NCBI GenBank assembly: GCA_964440975.1
Contig: CAYYKI010000002.1
Coordinates: 163 to 64,162, forward strand
DNA from: an uncultured Candidatus Saccharibacteria bacterium
GTDB taxonomy: Bacteria > Patescibacteriota > Saccharimonadia > Saccharimonadales > CAZNVG01
Length of the DNA: 64,000 nucleotides
Direction of reading: 5' to 3'
Each line of letters begins with the position of its first letter. The stretch's first letter is position 1. Made by a program: the position numbers and the translations under genes. The notes beneath the pieces are model-generated. The model made no database searches. It was not told the DNA's origin and was given only the letters and a program-made list of their open reading frames with translations. Positions 6,285-15,755 of this stretch are shown here, in pieces.

Positions 6285-9071
6285 ATGATTACGATGTGGA
6301 GTTCCTTCGCGTTTACGCTGTTTAGCGCAACAACCTTTATATGGCTGGCATTTATTGCCGGTGCTTGTTTTGCAGCAGCAGCTTACCTTAACGAACTTAA
6401 AAGAAGGAAGTCGGGCAACATTGAAGGTGTACTTATAAGCCTAGAGATCCCGCGCACTAACGACAAAAAAGAACTCGCAGCCGAACAAATGTTTGCATCG
6501 TTGCACGGTATCCTGAGAAGTAAAAAAGAACTCACAGCCGAGGGAGCAACGCAGGAACATATCAGCTTCGAGATCGCCGCAATCGATAAACACATTCGAT
6601 TCTATGTATGGGTCCCTAAGCATCTACAAAACTTCGTCGAAGGCCAAATATATGCCCAGTATCCAACCGTGCAGATCCATACACTTACCGAAGATTACGC
6701 GCAACGTGCCATTAACCATCGAGCTGTAATGTGCACTGAGCTGGCCCTCACCGATAACGAAACATTGCCCCTTAAAACGTTTGTAAGTTTTGAGGTTGAT
6801 CCACTAGCGGCTATCACCGCCACGCTCGCTAAGCTCGAGCAAAGTGATGAAGAAATGTGGATTCAGGTACTTGCACGGCCAATTGACGACAGCTGGCATA
6901 AACGCGGTGCCAAAGTAATCGCAAAGATCAAATCAGGGAAGGGCGTTCTTGGATTCAGCGGCGGAAATGCAGGGGCTTATATCAGCCAAGTATTAGCTGC
7001 ACCCTTCAAAGCGCCTGAAGACACTGGTAGCAGTGGAGGAGCTAAACCTGAAGTGAGCGAACGAGATCGAGCCAGAATAACCGCAATTGAAGAAAAAGGC
7101 CAAAAGCTCGGCTATCAGGTTAAGGTGCGTCTCGCTTATCTTGGTAGCGACGACTATACAGCCAAACTTCGCCTCCAGGCAATGGTGGGAACGTTTAAGC
7201 AGTTCAACACTACTAACTTGAATGGTTTCCAGCAGGGTCCGCTGCAAGTAGGAGTTGAAGGCCTAGAGTTATATCGCCAACGCAATTTCTCTAACCAAGG
7301 CTTTATTCTTAACATCGAAGAACTGGCTAGCCTTTATCACTTACCGCATACTACGGTTGAAACCCCGCATATAGTCTGGGCAACCAGTAAGACTTCTGAG
7401 CCACCTGGTAATCTACCAACTCCAGCCAATACAGATGCCAAGGACATAAGCCTATTTGGTATCACCAATTTCAGAGGCGGCAATTTACAATTCGGCATTC
7501 GTCGTCAAGATCGATCCCGTCACCTCTACATAATTGGGCAAACCGGTGTAGGAAAGTCGGGGCTTTTGGAGCTGCTTACGCTGACTGATGTCTTTCAGAA
7601 CCAGGGCTTTGCCATTATCGACCCGCACGGAGACTACGCACAGAACATTATGCGCTACATACCAAGCAGTAGGGTAGACGACGTTGTGTATTTCAACCCA
7701 GCTGATACAAACTTCCCAGTAGGATTTAACCCGTTAGAGGTCCAAGACCAGTCACTCAAAAATCATATTTCTAGCGAAATTGTCGGTGTGCTTAAGCGCA
7801 TGTTTGAATCTTGGGGTCCGCGCCTTGAGTATATATTGCGGTATACCTTGCTCGCATTACTAGACTATCCCAACTCTACCATGCTCGACATTACTCGTAT
7901 GCTGACTGAAAAGGACTTCAGAAATGATGTTATCAGCCATATCGACGATCCGGTAGTTAAAAACTTCTGGACGGTAGAGTTTGCGAGCTGGAATGAAAAA
8001 TTCGCTTCTGAAGCAGTGGCGCCTGTACTTAATAAGGTTGGCGCGTTTACCGCCAATCCAATGATCCGTAACATTGTGGGTCAGCCAAAAAGCACTATGA
8101 ATATACGCCAGATTATGGACGAAGGGAAAATCCTCCTCGTTAACCTGTCTCGGGGGCTAGTAGGAGAAGATAATGCCGCCATCCTTGGAGCACTTATGGT
8201 CACCAAAATTCAGCTGTCTGCTATGAGTAGGGCTGACATCGCCAATATCGAAGACAGGCGACCATTCTACCTCTATGTCGATGAGTTCCAAAACTTCGCT
8301 ACCGATAGCTTTGCAACCATTCTGAGTGAGGCTCGCAAATACGCCCTCAACCTAACCGTAGCCAACCAATACACATCACAGATGGAGCAGGTGGTTAGAG
8401 ACGCGGTGTTTGGCAACGTTGGCGCCATTGTCTCATTTAGAGTTGGCGCAGATGATGCTGGTGTACTTACAAAGTGGTTTGAGCCTCAATTCGAAGCGCA
8501 AGACCTTATCCAGCTACACAACCGTAACTTTGTTGCTAGCATGACTATAAACGGAGAAAAAACACCTGCATTTTCCGGCACAACACTTAACATACCGCCC
8601 ACGCAGGAAGACAATAGCGCTGATATCATTGAACTAAGCCGCACCCGCTATGCTCAGACGAAAACGGTTGTTGAAGATATTATTCGCAATGCAACTGTAT
8701 CCAAAAAGCCGACACACGCGCTCAGTGCTAACCAGTCTAATCCTCCGAGACACAACAACAACCGACCAATGCCACTAACACCGAGCGAGCAGGGCTCTAC
8801 CCATTCCAGAGCAGCCAAAGAAACGAGGAGCCCGCATGTAACCGACGACAAAGCAATAGAAAAGCAGCGAACTATACAAAATACGAACATTAAGCACAGT
8901 GCCGAAAGCATCCATACACCTAACGACCCCAAGGAAACCCCCAAGAAACGCACACGGCGTGGCAAGCGATCGGCAGATAAAATAACAGATACGAAACAGG
9001 GGTCAAAAAAGGACCCAAAACAGTCTGACAATGAGCTTAAAGACGATAACGTGATACACATTGCACGGTAA
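6285..9071 (+). CDS. TraD/VirD4-like (type IV coupling protein-like) P-loop ATPase with an N-terminal membrane domain and a basic disordered tail
   Basis: 928 aa. It has an N-terminal TM segment (FAFTLFSATTFIWLAFIAGACFAAAAYL), Walker A IIGQTGVGKSG followed by IIDPHGDY, and Walker B FYLYVDEFQNF. The C-terminal region of about 150 aa is low-complexity and rich in K, R, P, N and T. Confidence 0.7.
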   Translation: MITMWSSFAFTLFSATTFIWLAFIAGACFAAAAYLNELKRRKSGNIEGVLISLEIPRTNDKKELAAEQMFASLHGILRSKKELTAEGATQEHISFEIAAIDKHIRFYVWVPKHLQNFVEGQIYAQYPTVQIHTLTEDYAQRAINHRAVMCTELALTDNETLPLKTFVSFEVDPLAAITATLAKLEQSDEEMWIQVLARPIDDSWHKRGAKVIAKIKSGKGVLGFSGGNAGAYISQVLAAPFKAPEDTGSSGGAKPEVSERDRARITAIEEKGQKLGYQVKVRLAYLGSDDYTAKLRLQAMVGTFKQFNTTNLNGFQQGPLQVGVEGLELYRQRNFSNQGFILNIEELASLYHLPHTTVETPHIVWATSKTSEPPGNLPTPANTDAKDISLFGITNFRGGNLQFGIRRQDRSRHLYIIGQTGVGKSGLLELLTLTDVFQNQGFAIIDPHGDYAQNIMRYIPSSRVDDVVYFNPADTNFPVGFNPLEVQDQSLKNHISSEIVGVLKRMFESWGPRLEYILRYTLLALLDYPNSTMLDITRMLTEKDFRNDVISHIDDPVVKNFWTVEFASWNEKFASEAVAPVLNKVGAFTANPMIRNIVGQPKSTMNIRQIMDEGKILLVNLSRGLVGEDNAAILGALMVTKIQLSAMSRADIANIEDRRPFYLYVDEFQNFATDSFATILSEARKYALNLTVANQYTSQMEQVVRDAVFGNVGAIVSFRVGADDAGVLTKWFEPQFEAQDLIQLHNRNFVASMTINGEKTPAFSGTTLNIPPTQEDNSADIIELSRTRYAQTKTVVEDIIRNATVSKKPTHALSANQSNPPRHNNNRPMPLTPSEQGSTHSRAAKETRSPHVTDDKAIEKQRTIQNTNIKHSAESIHTPNDPKETPKKRTRRGKRSADKITDTKQGSKKDPKQSDNELKDDNVIHIAR

Positions 9072-9420
9072 GAAGGGCTACAGAGACAGGGCAGTGGAAG
9101 ATTACACAAGTACGGCAAAGTGTTTAAGAAATTACACGCTCATTTAGACACCACAACATAACGAGCAATCACGTCGCACAATATATCTTTTGCGACTTTA
9201 ACTATTCACATCAAAGATGATTAGATATACCTTTCAGTAGGGTAGCTTAAGCACCATATACACATACAAACGCAGTAAAGACAAAATTAATAGAAACGAC
9301 GCGTGAGTTCTCGGCGTAACGCCCGCCAATACACTCTCCATATACTTCTCAGTTAGCTCGCTACGAATCTCCAGCTCTCCTCATAGCGTTTGACAAATAT
9401 ACTACACCATATTTTATGTA

Positions 9421-9446
9421 TACTTTTCCACAATACTTTTCCACAA
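9421..9446. repeat. Perfect tandem duplication of a 13-mer (TACTTTTCCACAA x2)
   Basis: Read directly: 9421-9433 and 9434-9446 are identical. Each copy contains TTTTCCACA, which fits the DnaA-box pattern TTWTNCACA. Confidence 0.9.
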
Positions 9447-9723
9447 CGATATTTGCGTTTTCACGCTACTATGTTGAAATTTTCACGCCCCTGCTCCCTG
9501 CCTTATACATGACAATAATTTGACAAATAATATTTGTATACATTTAATATGTTTTTATAAATAATCTATTTAGTTGATTGTGAACATTTTACGAACGCGC
9601 AGGAGGGCAGCGGGGATTGGTGTTCAATTTTAAGTGACCCTTCCGGACTTAAGGATTGACCTATATAAACATAAGTGACCGTTGATGTAGATGAAACTCC
9701 GTCTACACCTGGCTACTTCTGCC

Positions 9724-10584
9724 CTATTTATAGAAGACGCGGTACGGAATCCGGATGTCTATATACTCATTAAGCGCTTTTTTGTCGGCAGCAATTTTTT
9801 CGAGGGACTTCTTTAGGTAATTGATTGATTCATTCGCACTAGTGTCAGTTGATACCTTTATGCGCCAGGGCTTATCTTTTATCAGTAGTACAGCTTGTTT
9901 TGGGGTGCCATCAATTAAAAATGCATCCAACGTCAAACCAGCAGACGGCAGATACTGCCTCCATGCCATTGCGGATTGTACTGCAGCGGCGTCTACTACA
10001 ATCTGCCCCGTTACTGTACCTTGAGCGGGTGGATTTTCGCTAATAATTAGGGGTAAACCCTCATCTCCTCTAGCTTGCATAAAGGCCCTCCCTATTGTGT
10101 CGACTACATATATTTGCCCTCCCCTACCCTGTTGCCATTTTGCTGAAGGTTGTTTGGGCAACATAGACACCGATATGGAATTTGAGAACAAGCTTCGTTT
10201 TACCGATATGTTCGTCGCGTTTGGTACTTCTTCTCGAAGCGCCTTTTCAAGATCGCGGCTACTGATAAATAACTGAAATCGACGCCAAGGACGCTCATGT
10301 GTGTACGAAATTGTCGCATTTTTTATTGAAGTTTCGATGGTTTTATCGGGTGTCTTAACGCCAACTACTGAAATAGTAGATATATACGTTAGCTTGAGTA
10401 GCAGCAGCAAGGCTAGTACGCCTACGATAAGGCGCCAGCGAGGCATTTTTAGGCCAAGCTGAGGAAGCTTAGCTTTTGCATGGCTTAACGGCTTATTTGT
10501 GGGTGACTTTGCTATCGGTGGTCTGCCATCAAATGAACGATACACTCTCAGACTTTTATTACCTTCGCGCACTTGCCGTGTCAT
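9724..10584 (-). CDS. ftsQ: Cell division protein FtsQ (POTRA domain)
   Basis: 286 aa with a single N-terminal TM (WRLIVGVLALLLLLKLTYI), a POTRA-like segment and the C-terminal FtsQ-like ending EYIDIRIPYRVFYK. It sits directly downstream of murG in the dcw cluster. Confidence 0.75.
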   Translation of the reverse strand: MTRQVREGNKSLRVYRSFDGRPPIAKSPTNKPLSHAKAKLPQLGLKMPRWRLIVGVLALLLLLKLTYISTISVVGVKTPDKTIETSIKNATISYTHERPWRRFQLFISSRDLEKALREEVPNATNISVKRSLFSNSISVSMLPKQPSAKWQQGRGGQIYVVDTIGRAFMQARGDEGLPLIISENPPAQGTVTGQIVVDAAAVQSAMAWRQYLPSAGLTLDAFLIDGTPKQAVLLIKDKPWRIKVSTDTSANESINYLKKSLEKIAADKKALNEYIDIRIPYRVFYK

Positions 10585-11747
10585 TAGGCTTTTTCCTGGC
10601 TCACTCTAATCAGTAATTCGGCAATCGACTTAGCTGCATTAGGAGTATAGAAATTATGCAAGGCATCGCCTATTTTTTGCCTTTTTTCTCTACTGCTCAA
10701 TAGCCGCTCAACCGCAGCAAGCAACACGTTGCGATCATCAACAACCTTAAACTCATCTAGTACAATTGCCGCCTTGGCGCTAGCATACATTTCGCCATTT
10801 TTCAGCTGATGTCCGCCTGTGAGATACGGACTTGGAATACTAATCACTGCACAGCGTTGCGCGGCAAGTTCTATCATCATTGACCCTGCTCGCGTAATCA
10901 CAATATCTGCTGCGCGTGCATACTCGTGCAAATTATGCACAAATGGCAGCAAGCGAACGTTCTTCATGTCTATACCTGCCCTTTCGTATCGACTACGTAC
11001 TGAGTCTAGATGCTTTTCGCCAGTAATATGAACAATTGTGCAAGCAGCTTTCTTATACAGTTCAGGTATTATTTCAACCATCACATCATTAATACGCTGA
11101 GCACCCGAACTACCTGCGGCTACTAAAATACACGGTATTCTCGCAGGAAGCCCCAACTCGGTGCGCATACTTTGTTGTGGGGCATGGGCAACGCGTGCAA
11201 AGTCAGTACTAATGGGAAGGCCAGTTTCTACCATTTTAGCATCCGGATAATTATAGTACTGCTTCGGCATAGTAACGGCACAATAGGTCGACCAACGCGA
11301 GAGTAGTCTATTCGTTAGGCCCGGCAGCGCATCCGAATCGTGGGTAACTATCGGCACCCCACGGCGCTTAGCGGCAATACCCACTGGCAGCCCCACATAC
11401 CCGCCTTTAATAAAAACTACATCAGGCTTTTCCCGACCAAGTATTTTCCACGCCTGCATAACTCCGACTCCAAATTTCCCAAAATCGCGAATATTTCTTG
11501 CAACTAGTGGCAGGTTAATAAGCTGCTTAATTTTGCTATACGCATGGAATCTCCGTAATTTTCCCGCCTGAATATAGTGCAGCCTTACTTTCGGGGCACG
11601 TTTTTTAACAATGCCAACAGAAGCGTCGCCTTTTTGGGCTATATAGACAATCTCCGCTTTAGGATCTAGCTTTTTGAGCTCAGCGATAACGGCTAGCGTC
11701 GGCGTAACGTGGCCGGCGGTTCCGCCCCCCGAGACGAGTACTTTCAT
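10584..11747 (-). CDS. murG: UDP-N-acetylglucosamine--N-acetylmuramyl-(pentapeptide) pyrophosphoryl-undecaprenol GlcNAc transferase MurG
   Basis: It has the N-terminal SGGGTAGHVTPTLAV motif and a GT28 fold signature (GGYVGLPVGIAA, AGSSGAQ). I prefer the start at 11747 (MKVLV) because GGAGGG lies 4 nt upstream. The ORF track allows 11759. Confidence 0.9.
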   Translation of the reverse strand: MKVLVSGGGTAGHVTPTLAVIAELKKLDPKAEIVYIAQKGDASVGIVKKRAPKVRLHYIQAGKLRRFHAYSKIKQLINLPLVARNIRDFGKFGVGVMQAWKILGREKPDVVFIKGGYVGLPVGIAAKRRGVPIVTHDSDALPGLTNRLLSRWSTYCAVTMPKQYYNYPDAKMVETGLPISTDFARVAHAPQQSMRTELGLPARIPCILVAAGSSGAQRINDVMVEIIPELYKKAACTIVHITGEKHLDSVRSRYERAGIDMKNVRLLPFVHNLHEYARAADIVITRAGSMMIELAAQRCAVISIPSPYLTGGHQLKNGEMYASAKAAIVLDEFKVVDDRNVLLAAVERLLSSREKRQKIGDALHNFYTPNAAKSIAELLIRVSQEKA

Positions 11748-12933
11748 GTGCCCCTCCATTAAAACTCGACATACGTGCCTTAGGAACAGTAAACCGTGAA
11801 ATTTGCAGCATCACTCCAAGCGCAGCCATTGTAAATAGTAAGCTGCTACCTCCGTAGCTAATAAAAGGAAGGGTTATACCCTTCAACGGCATGAGGCTTA
11901 GCATGGCCCCTATATTAATAAGTATGTGCGATGCTATCCACGCCATAATACTCGTCGCAACTAATCGGTTAAACATATCAGGGGTGCGCTCTATGATAGA
12001 AATCATCTTAAACAGTAAAGCGCCAAATAGCGCAATCAATAGTACTGAGCCTACAAATCCAAATTTCTCAGCAACTACCGCAAAGATTGAGTCATTGGCC
12101 GCTTCCGGTAAATAACCGAAGGCCTGCACACTTCTCCCTAGGCCCTGCCCTACCACACCGCCAGAGCCGACAGCAATAAGCGCCTGAGATATATGATAAC
12201 CCTGGCCCAGCGCATCTTGCTCCGGATGAAGAAAAGTAAGAATACGAGCCACACGATGTGGCTGCACAATACTAGCCACCACTGCAGTAGATAAGAAAGC
12301 ACCTGCCACCATTCCTAAGTAGTGCGTTTTGAGGCCTGCAATGTAAATCATTGCGAGCATCATAGCTGCCACCACCATTGTTGAACCCATATCTTTTTGT
12401 GCAATCATGAGAATAATAGCCACCCCTAGCAACCCAAGGGCATACGGCTTTATGGTCTCTTTCATGTCATTTATCTTACCGGCCTCTGACTGCTTTGTGA
12501 GCCAAAGCGCTACGTTTATCATAACGGCGAATTTTATAAGCTCAGCTGGCTGAAAACTCAGTGGTCCTAACTGTATCCATCGAGTTGCGCCGTTGATAGG
12601 ATCGTTAAATCTGGCGCCAGGTATGAGCAGTAATAGCGAACTCACGCCGGCACCAACTATTAACCATGGTGCCATTTTCTTCCAAAACGACATCGGCATT
12701 AGCGCAGTAAAGCTAAAAGCCGCCAGTCCGAGTGCAATTGCAATAAGTTGCTTTGTGAGGTAGTAATCCTCACCTACATTGCCACCATGCAGCCTACTAA
12801 GCCCAGGACTAATGGCATAGATGATAATTAAACCAATCAGCACAAGCAAACCACTAATCAGCACCAATCCATAATCAGGACGGTGCTTTCTGACATCGCC
12901 TGTTCGCCGAGCTCGCCCACCAGTACTGTCCAT
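11680..12933 (-). CDS. ftsW: SEDS-family peptidoglycan glycosyltransferase FtsW
   Basis: 417 aa and polytopic. SEDS motifs are QPAELIKF, LPEAANDSIFAVVAEKFGFVG and LPFISYGGSS. It lies in dcw context between mraY and murG. Confidence 0.9.
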   Translation of the reverse strand: MDSTGGRARRTGDVRKHRPDYGLVLISGLLVLIGLIIIYAISPGLSRLHGGNVGEDYYLTKQLIAIALGLAAFSFTALMPMSFWKKMAPWLIVGAGVSSLLLLIPGARFNDPINGATRWIQLGPLSFQPAELIKFAVMINVALWLTKQSEAGKINDMKETIKPYALGLLGVAIILMIAQKDMGSTMVVAAMMLAMIYIAGLKTHYLGMVAGAFLSTAVVASIVQPHRVARILTFLHPEQDALGQGYHISQALIAVGSGGVVGQGLGRSVQAFGYLPEAANDSIFAVVAEKFGFVGSVLLIALFGALLFKMISIIERTPDMFNRLVATSIMAWIASHILINIGAMLSLMPLKGITLPFISYGGSSLLFTMAALGVMLQISRFTVPKARMSSFNGGAHESTRLGGRNRRPRYADASRYR

Positions 12934-12934
12934 G

Positions 12935-13975
12935 CTAGATATGACCCCCAGTTAAGGCCATGATCAATCCGATTACTGCCGCTACTTGACCCACTACCCA
13001 AAAACGCATAGTAACCTTGGTCTCTGGCCACCCCAAAGCTTCAAAATGATGGTGAATTGGTGCAACCTTAAACAGCTTACGACCTCTAAACTTCTTGGAC
13101 AGGAGCTGCAACAGGCTCGAACCAGCTTCGACAACAAACACTATACCGATTATAGGCAGCAGTGCCACTGTGTCTGTCAACATGGCTACTACTCCAAGTG
13201 CCGCACCAAGCGCAAATGAGCCAACATCTCCCATGAAGAATCTTGCTGGATAAATATTAAACCAAACATACGCTAGGAGCGCTCCCACAATGGTCATACA
13301 AAAACCCGCAATACCAATGTTGCCTTGCAGATAGGCTATTGCGGTATACACTGCGAAGGCGCTCGTCAGCAACCCTCCAGCAAGACCGTCAAGTCCGTCA
13401 CTGATGTTGACCGCATTAGAAGTGGAAACAACTACTGCGGCGAACAGGGGCACAATCAACCAACCAATACCTATGTCCCCCACAAAGCTGATGTGTACTT
13501 GGTTGTAGTCAAGCTTAGTAAAAAAGTATACCCCGCCAACAACGGCAATACTGAGTATTGACATCAGTTTGGTACGAGTGCGCATGCCTGCCGTGCCACT
13601 GCCCGATCCACGGATATTAATTACATCATCAACTAGTCCCACTAACCCCGCCAGTAACAACGCGGTAAGCGGTAACCAAGTTTGCGATCGGCTCCAGTTA
13701 GCTAGGACGGTAACCACGAAAATACTGCATATCATTATCAGTCCTGCCATAGTTGGTATATGTCGTTTGTGCTTCTCGGTATGATATTTTGCAAATATCG
13801 TAGCTTTTTCCCCAGTCATGGTTTCTTCTCGGGGTTTTTTCCACCAGCGATACTTATACGCGGCTGTAGTGTAAAGTGGGGTAACCAACATACTGACCGT
13901 AAAACCCGCGAATCCAAGTAGGAATATCTTGGCTATATTAGTTGTATTGGCATCTATTATTGTAGGAATACTCAT
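12935..13975 (-). CDS. mraY: Phospho-N-acetylmuramoyl-pentapeptide transferase MraY
   Basis: 346 aa. Motifs are NISDGLDGLAGG, FMGDVGSFALGAALG and VAPIHHHFE. Confidence 0.95.
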   Translation of the reverse strand: MSIPTIIDANTTNIAKIFLLGFAGFTVSMLVTPLYTTAAYKYRWWKKPREETMTGEKATIFAKYHTEKHKRHIPTMAGLIMICSIFVVTVLANWSRSQTWLPLTALLLAGLVGLVDDVINIRGSGSGTAGMRTRTKLMSILSIAVVGGVYFFTKLDYNQVHISFVGDIGIGWLIVPLFAAVVVSTSNAVNISDGLDGLAGGLLTSAFAVYTAIAYLQGNIGIAGFCMTIVGALLAYVWFNIYPARFFMGDVGSFALGAALGVVAMLTDTVALLPIIGIVFVVEAGSSLLQLLSKKFRGRKLFKVAPIHHHFEALGWPETKVTMRFWVVGQVAAVIGLIMALTGGHI

Positions 13976-14009
13976 GTTTATTTTTCCCTATTCCCCTAGT
14001 ATACCTTCC

Positions 14010-15755
14010 CTAGCTCCCTGGGGCCATGGCGTAATACTGTATCAAATAGTCACAAATGCTAGAAAACAGCGGCGCGGCAGCTGTTGTCCCCGAAAACCCC
14101 TTACTGCTATCAGGCTCATCGACACGCACCATAATGACATAGTCGGGTGATTTTGAACCTAAGAACCCCAAGTACGATCCTGTTGTTTTGTCATCAGTGT
14201 AGTTGCCGTTACTGTCAAGTAACTGGGCGGTTCCTGATTTTCCTCCAATAAAGTAGCCCTTTTTGTCAAAGGGACTACCCTTAATAACACTACGCATCAT
14301 ATCCTTTATGTCTGTAGTCACTTGTGGCTTAACAATGTTCCGTGAGATCACCTGCCCCACCGCCCTATCCTGTATAGCCGGTTTGTAATAGGTACCCCCG
14401 TTCACGATCGCACCAAGCCCACTCACTACTTGCATCATGGTGACTGTCATTCCTTGTCCAAAACTCATGTTTGCATATCGTACGGTGTCACCATCATTAG
14501 TCGTTGCTTCGGGAATATTGCCCTTACTTTCATCAGCCAGCTCCACACCAGTAGGTTGGTTAAAATGGTAGTTATTTACCAAGTAATCGTGTATCTTCTC
14601 TCTACCTTGCTTATTAAACTGCCCCCCACCTAGCTGCTTAAAAAGATGCACGACACCAGTATTTAAAGAATACTGGAGCACCTGAGTCATGGTCGGGTTT
14701 GCAATACCCCATTGGCGAGAATTCTTGATTGTTCGGTCTTCTACCTTTACGCTACCCGTATCAGAAAAAGTGGAATCTTTGGTAACAACGCCCTCGTTGA
14801 GGGCCGTGCTCATGGTGAAAACTTTCATTACAGAGCCTGCTTCGTATGGTGTCATGGTGATGCGATTCGTGAACACTCCATAATCCTCACCTTTTACTTC
14901 ACTATACTTGGTTGGATCAAAGCTTGGATAGTTGCCCATTGCTTTGATTGCGCCATTTCGGGTATCAAGCACTATCGCACTAGCCCCCTTCGCACGCGTA
15001 TCTTCTGTGGTCTTTTTTAAAGCTGCCTCGAGATTCTTTTGAATATTGAGGTCTATGGTAAGCTGTACGTCCTCACCATCTTGCGGTGCCTGCTGTACAG
15101 AGCTATCTCCAGCCGCTAATGGAACGCCATTCACGTCGGTAACGGCTTTAAGGAGCCCAGTTTTGCCATGGAGTTTCTCATTAAAAAACGACTCTATACC
15201 ATATTGACCTTCACCATTGTTATTAACAAACCCCAACACCTGACTGGCAAGCTGTCCCTGTGGATATACACGAGTTGAAGTGTTAGTAAAACCAATGCCC
15301 GGTAGGTTCTTCTCTTTAAGCTTATCTGCTTGCGCAACCGGTATACTGCGGGCCAGTACGACGTAGGCGCGTTCATTATTTTCTAGTGCTTTATAGTAAT
15401 CAGCCTCGTTGCCACCAATTACTTCTTTTAGGGATGAAACGGTCTTTTCTTTATCCTTAATGTGACGAGCGTCGGCGTATATCAACCGTCTATCTTCATT
15501 CAAAACAACCGGAACTAACCGATCACCATCATGCGCGTAGACGATGCCTCTCTTAGCAGGTATTTCAAACTTTTTTTGGTGCTCAGCCAATGCCTGCTGT
15601 CGATAGTGATCGCCTTTTATCACTTGAAGCTGAAATAAGCGTATTGTGAATATAGACCCAATGAGTACAACAATAATATAGAAGACTGCCGGTCGCCTAA
15701 CGTCCCTCGTTTGCACCGGTTGGGTTCTGTTTGATGATGTACTTACTAATGGCAT
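14010..15755 (-). CDS. ftsI: Division-type class B penicillin-binding protein (FtsI-like transpeptidase)
   Basis: 581 aa with an N-terminal TM and a dimerisation domain. It has SxxK (AGSVMKVF) and KSG (GGKSGTAQ) motifs and sits in dcw context. Confidence 0.9.
   Translation of the reverse strand: MPLVSTSSNRTQPVQTRDVRRPAVFYIIVVLIGSIFTIRLFQLQVIKGDHYRQQALAEHQKKFEIPAKRGIVYAHDGDRLVPVVLNEDRRLIYADARHIKDKEKTVSSLKEVIGGNEADYYKALENNERAYVVLARSIPVAQADKLKEKNLPGIGFTNTSTRVYPQGQLASQVLGFVNNNGEGQYGIESFFNEKLHGKTGLLKAVTDVNGVPLAAGDSSVQQAPQDGEDVQLTIDLNIQKNLEAALKKTTEDTRAKGASAIVLDTRNGAIKAMGNYPSFDPTKYSEVKGEDYGVFTNRITMTPYEAGSVMKVFTMSTALNEGVVTKDSTFSDTGSVKVEDRTIKNSRQWGIANPTMTQVLQYSLNTGVVHLFKQLGGGQFNKQGREKIHDYLVNNYHFNQPTGVELADESKGNIPEATTNDGDTVRYANMSFGQGMTVTMMQVVSGLGAIVNGGTYYKPAIQDRAVGQVISRNIVKPQVTTDIKDMMRSVIKGSPFDKKGYFIGGKSGTAQLLDSNGNYTDDKTTGSYLGFLGSKSPDYVIMVRVDEPDSSKGFSGTTAAAPLFSSICDYLIQYYAMAPGS

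Noticed and set aside
9505-9560. A dif-like XerCD site around the palindromic core TGTATACA in the convergent spacer.
   Set aside because: Only the central TGTATA resembles known dif sites. The flanking arms are not inverted repeats of each other and match neither the E. coli nor the Bacillus arms as I recall them.
9625-9665. An SRP-RNA-like hairpin on the minus strand (AAGTCC-GGAA-GGGTCACTT, a GNRA tetraloop).
   Set aside because: The conserved domain IV flanks (AGG on the 5' side, AGCA on the 3' side) are missing, and the surrounding helix is too short.
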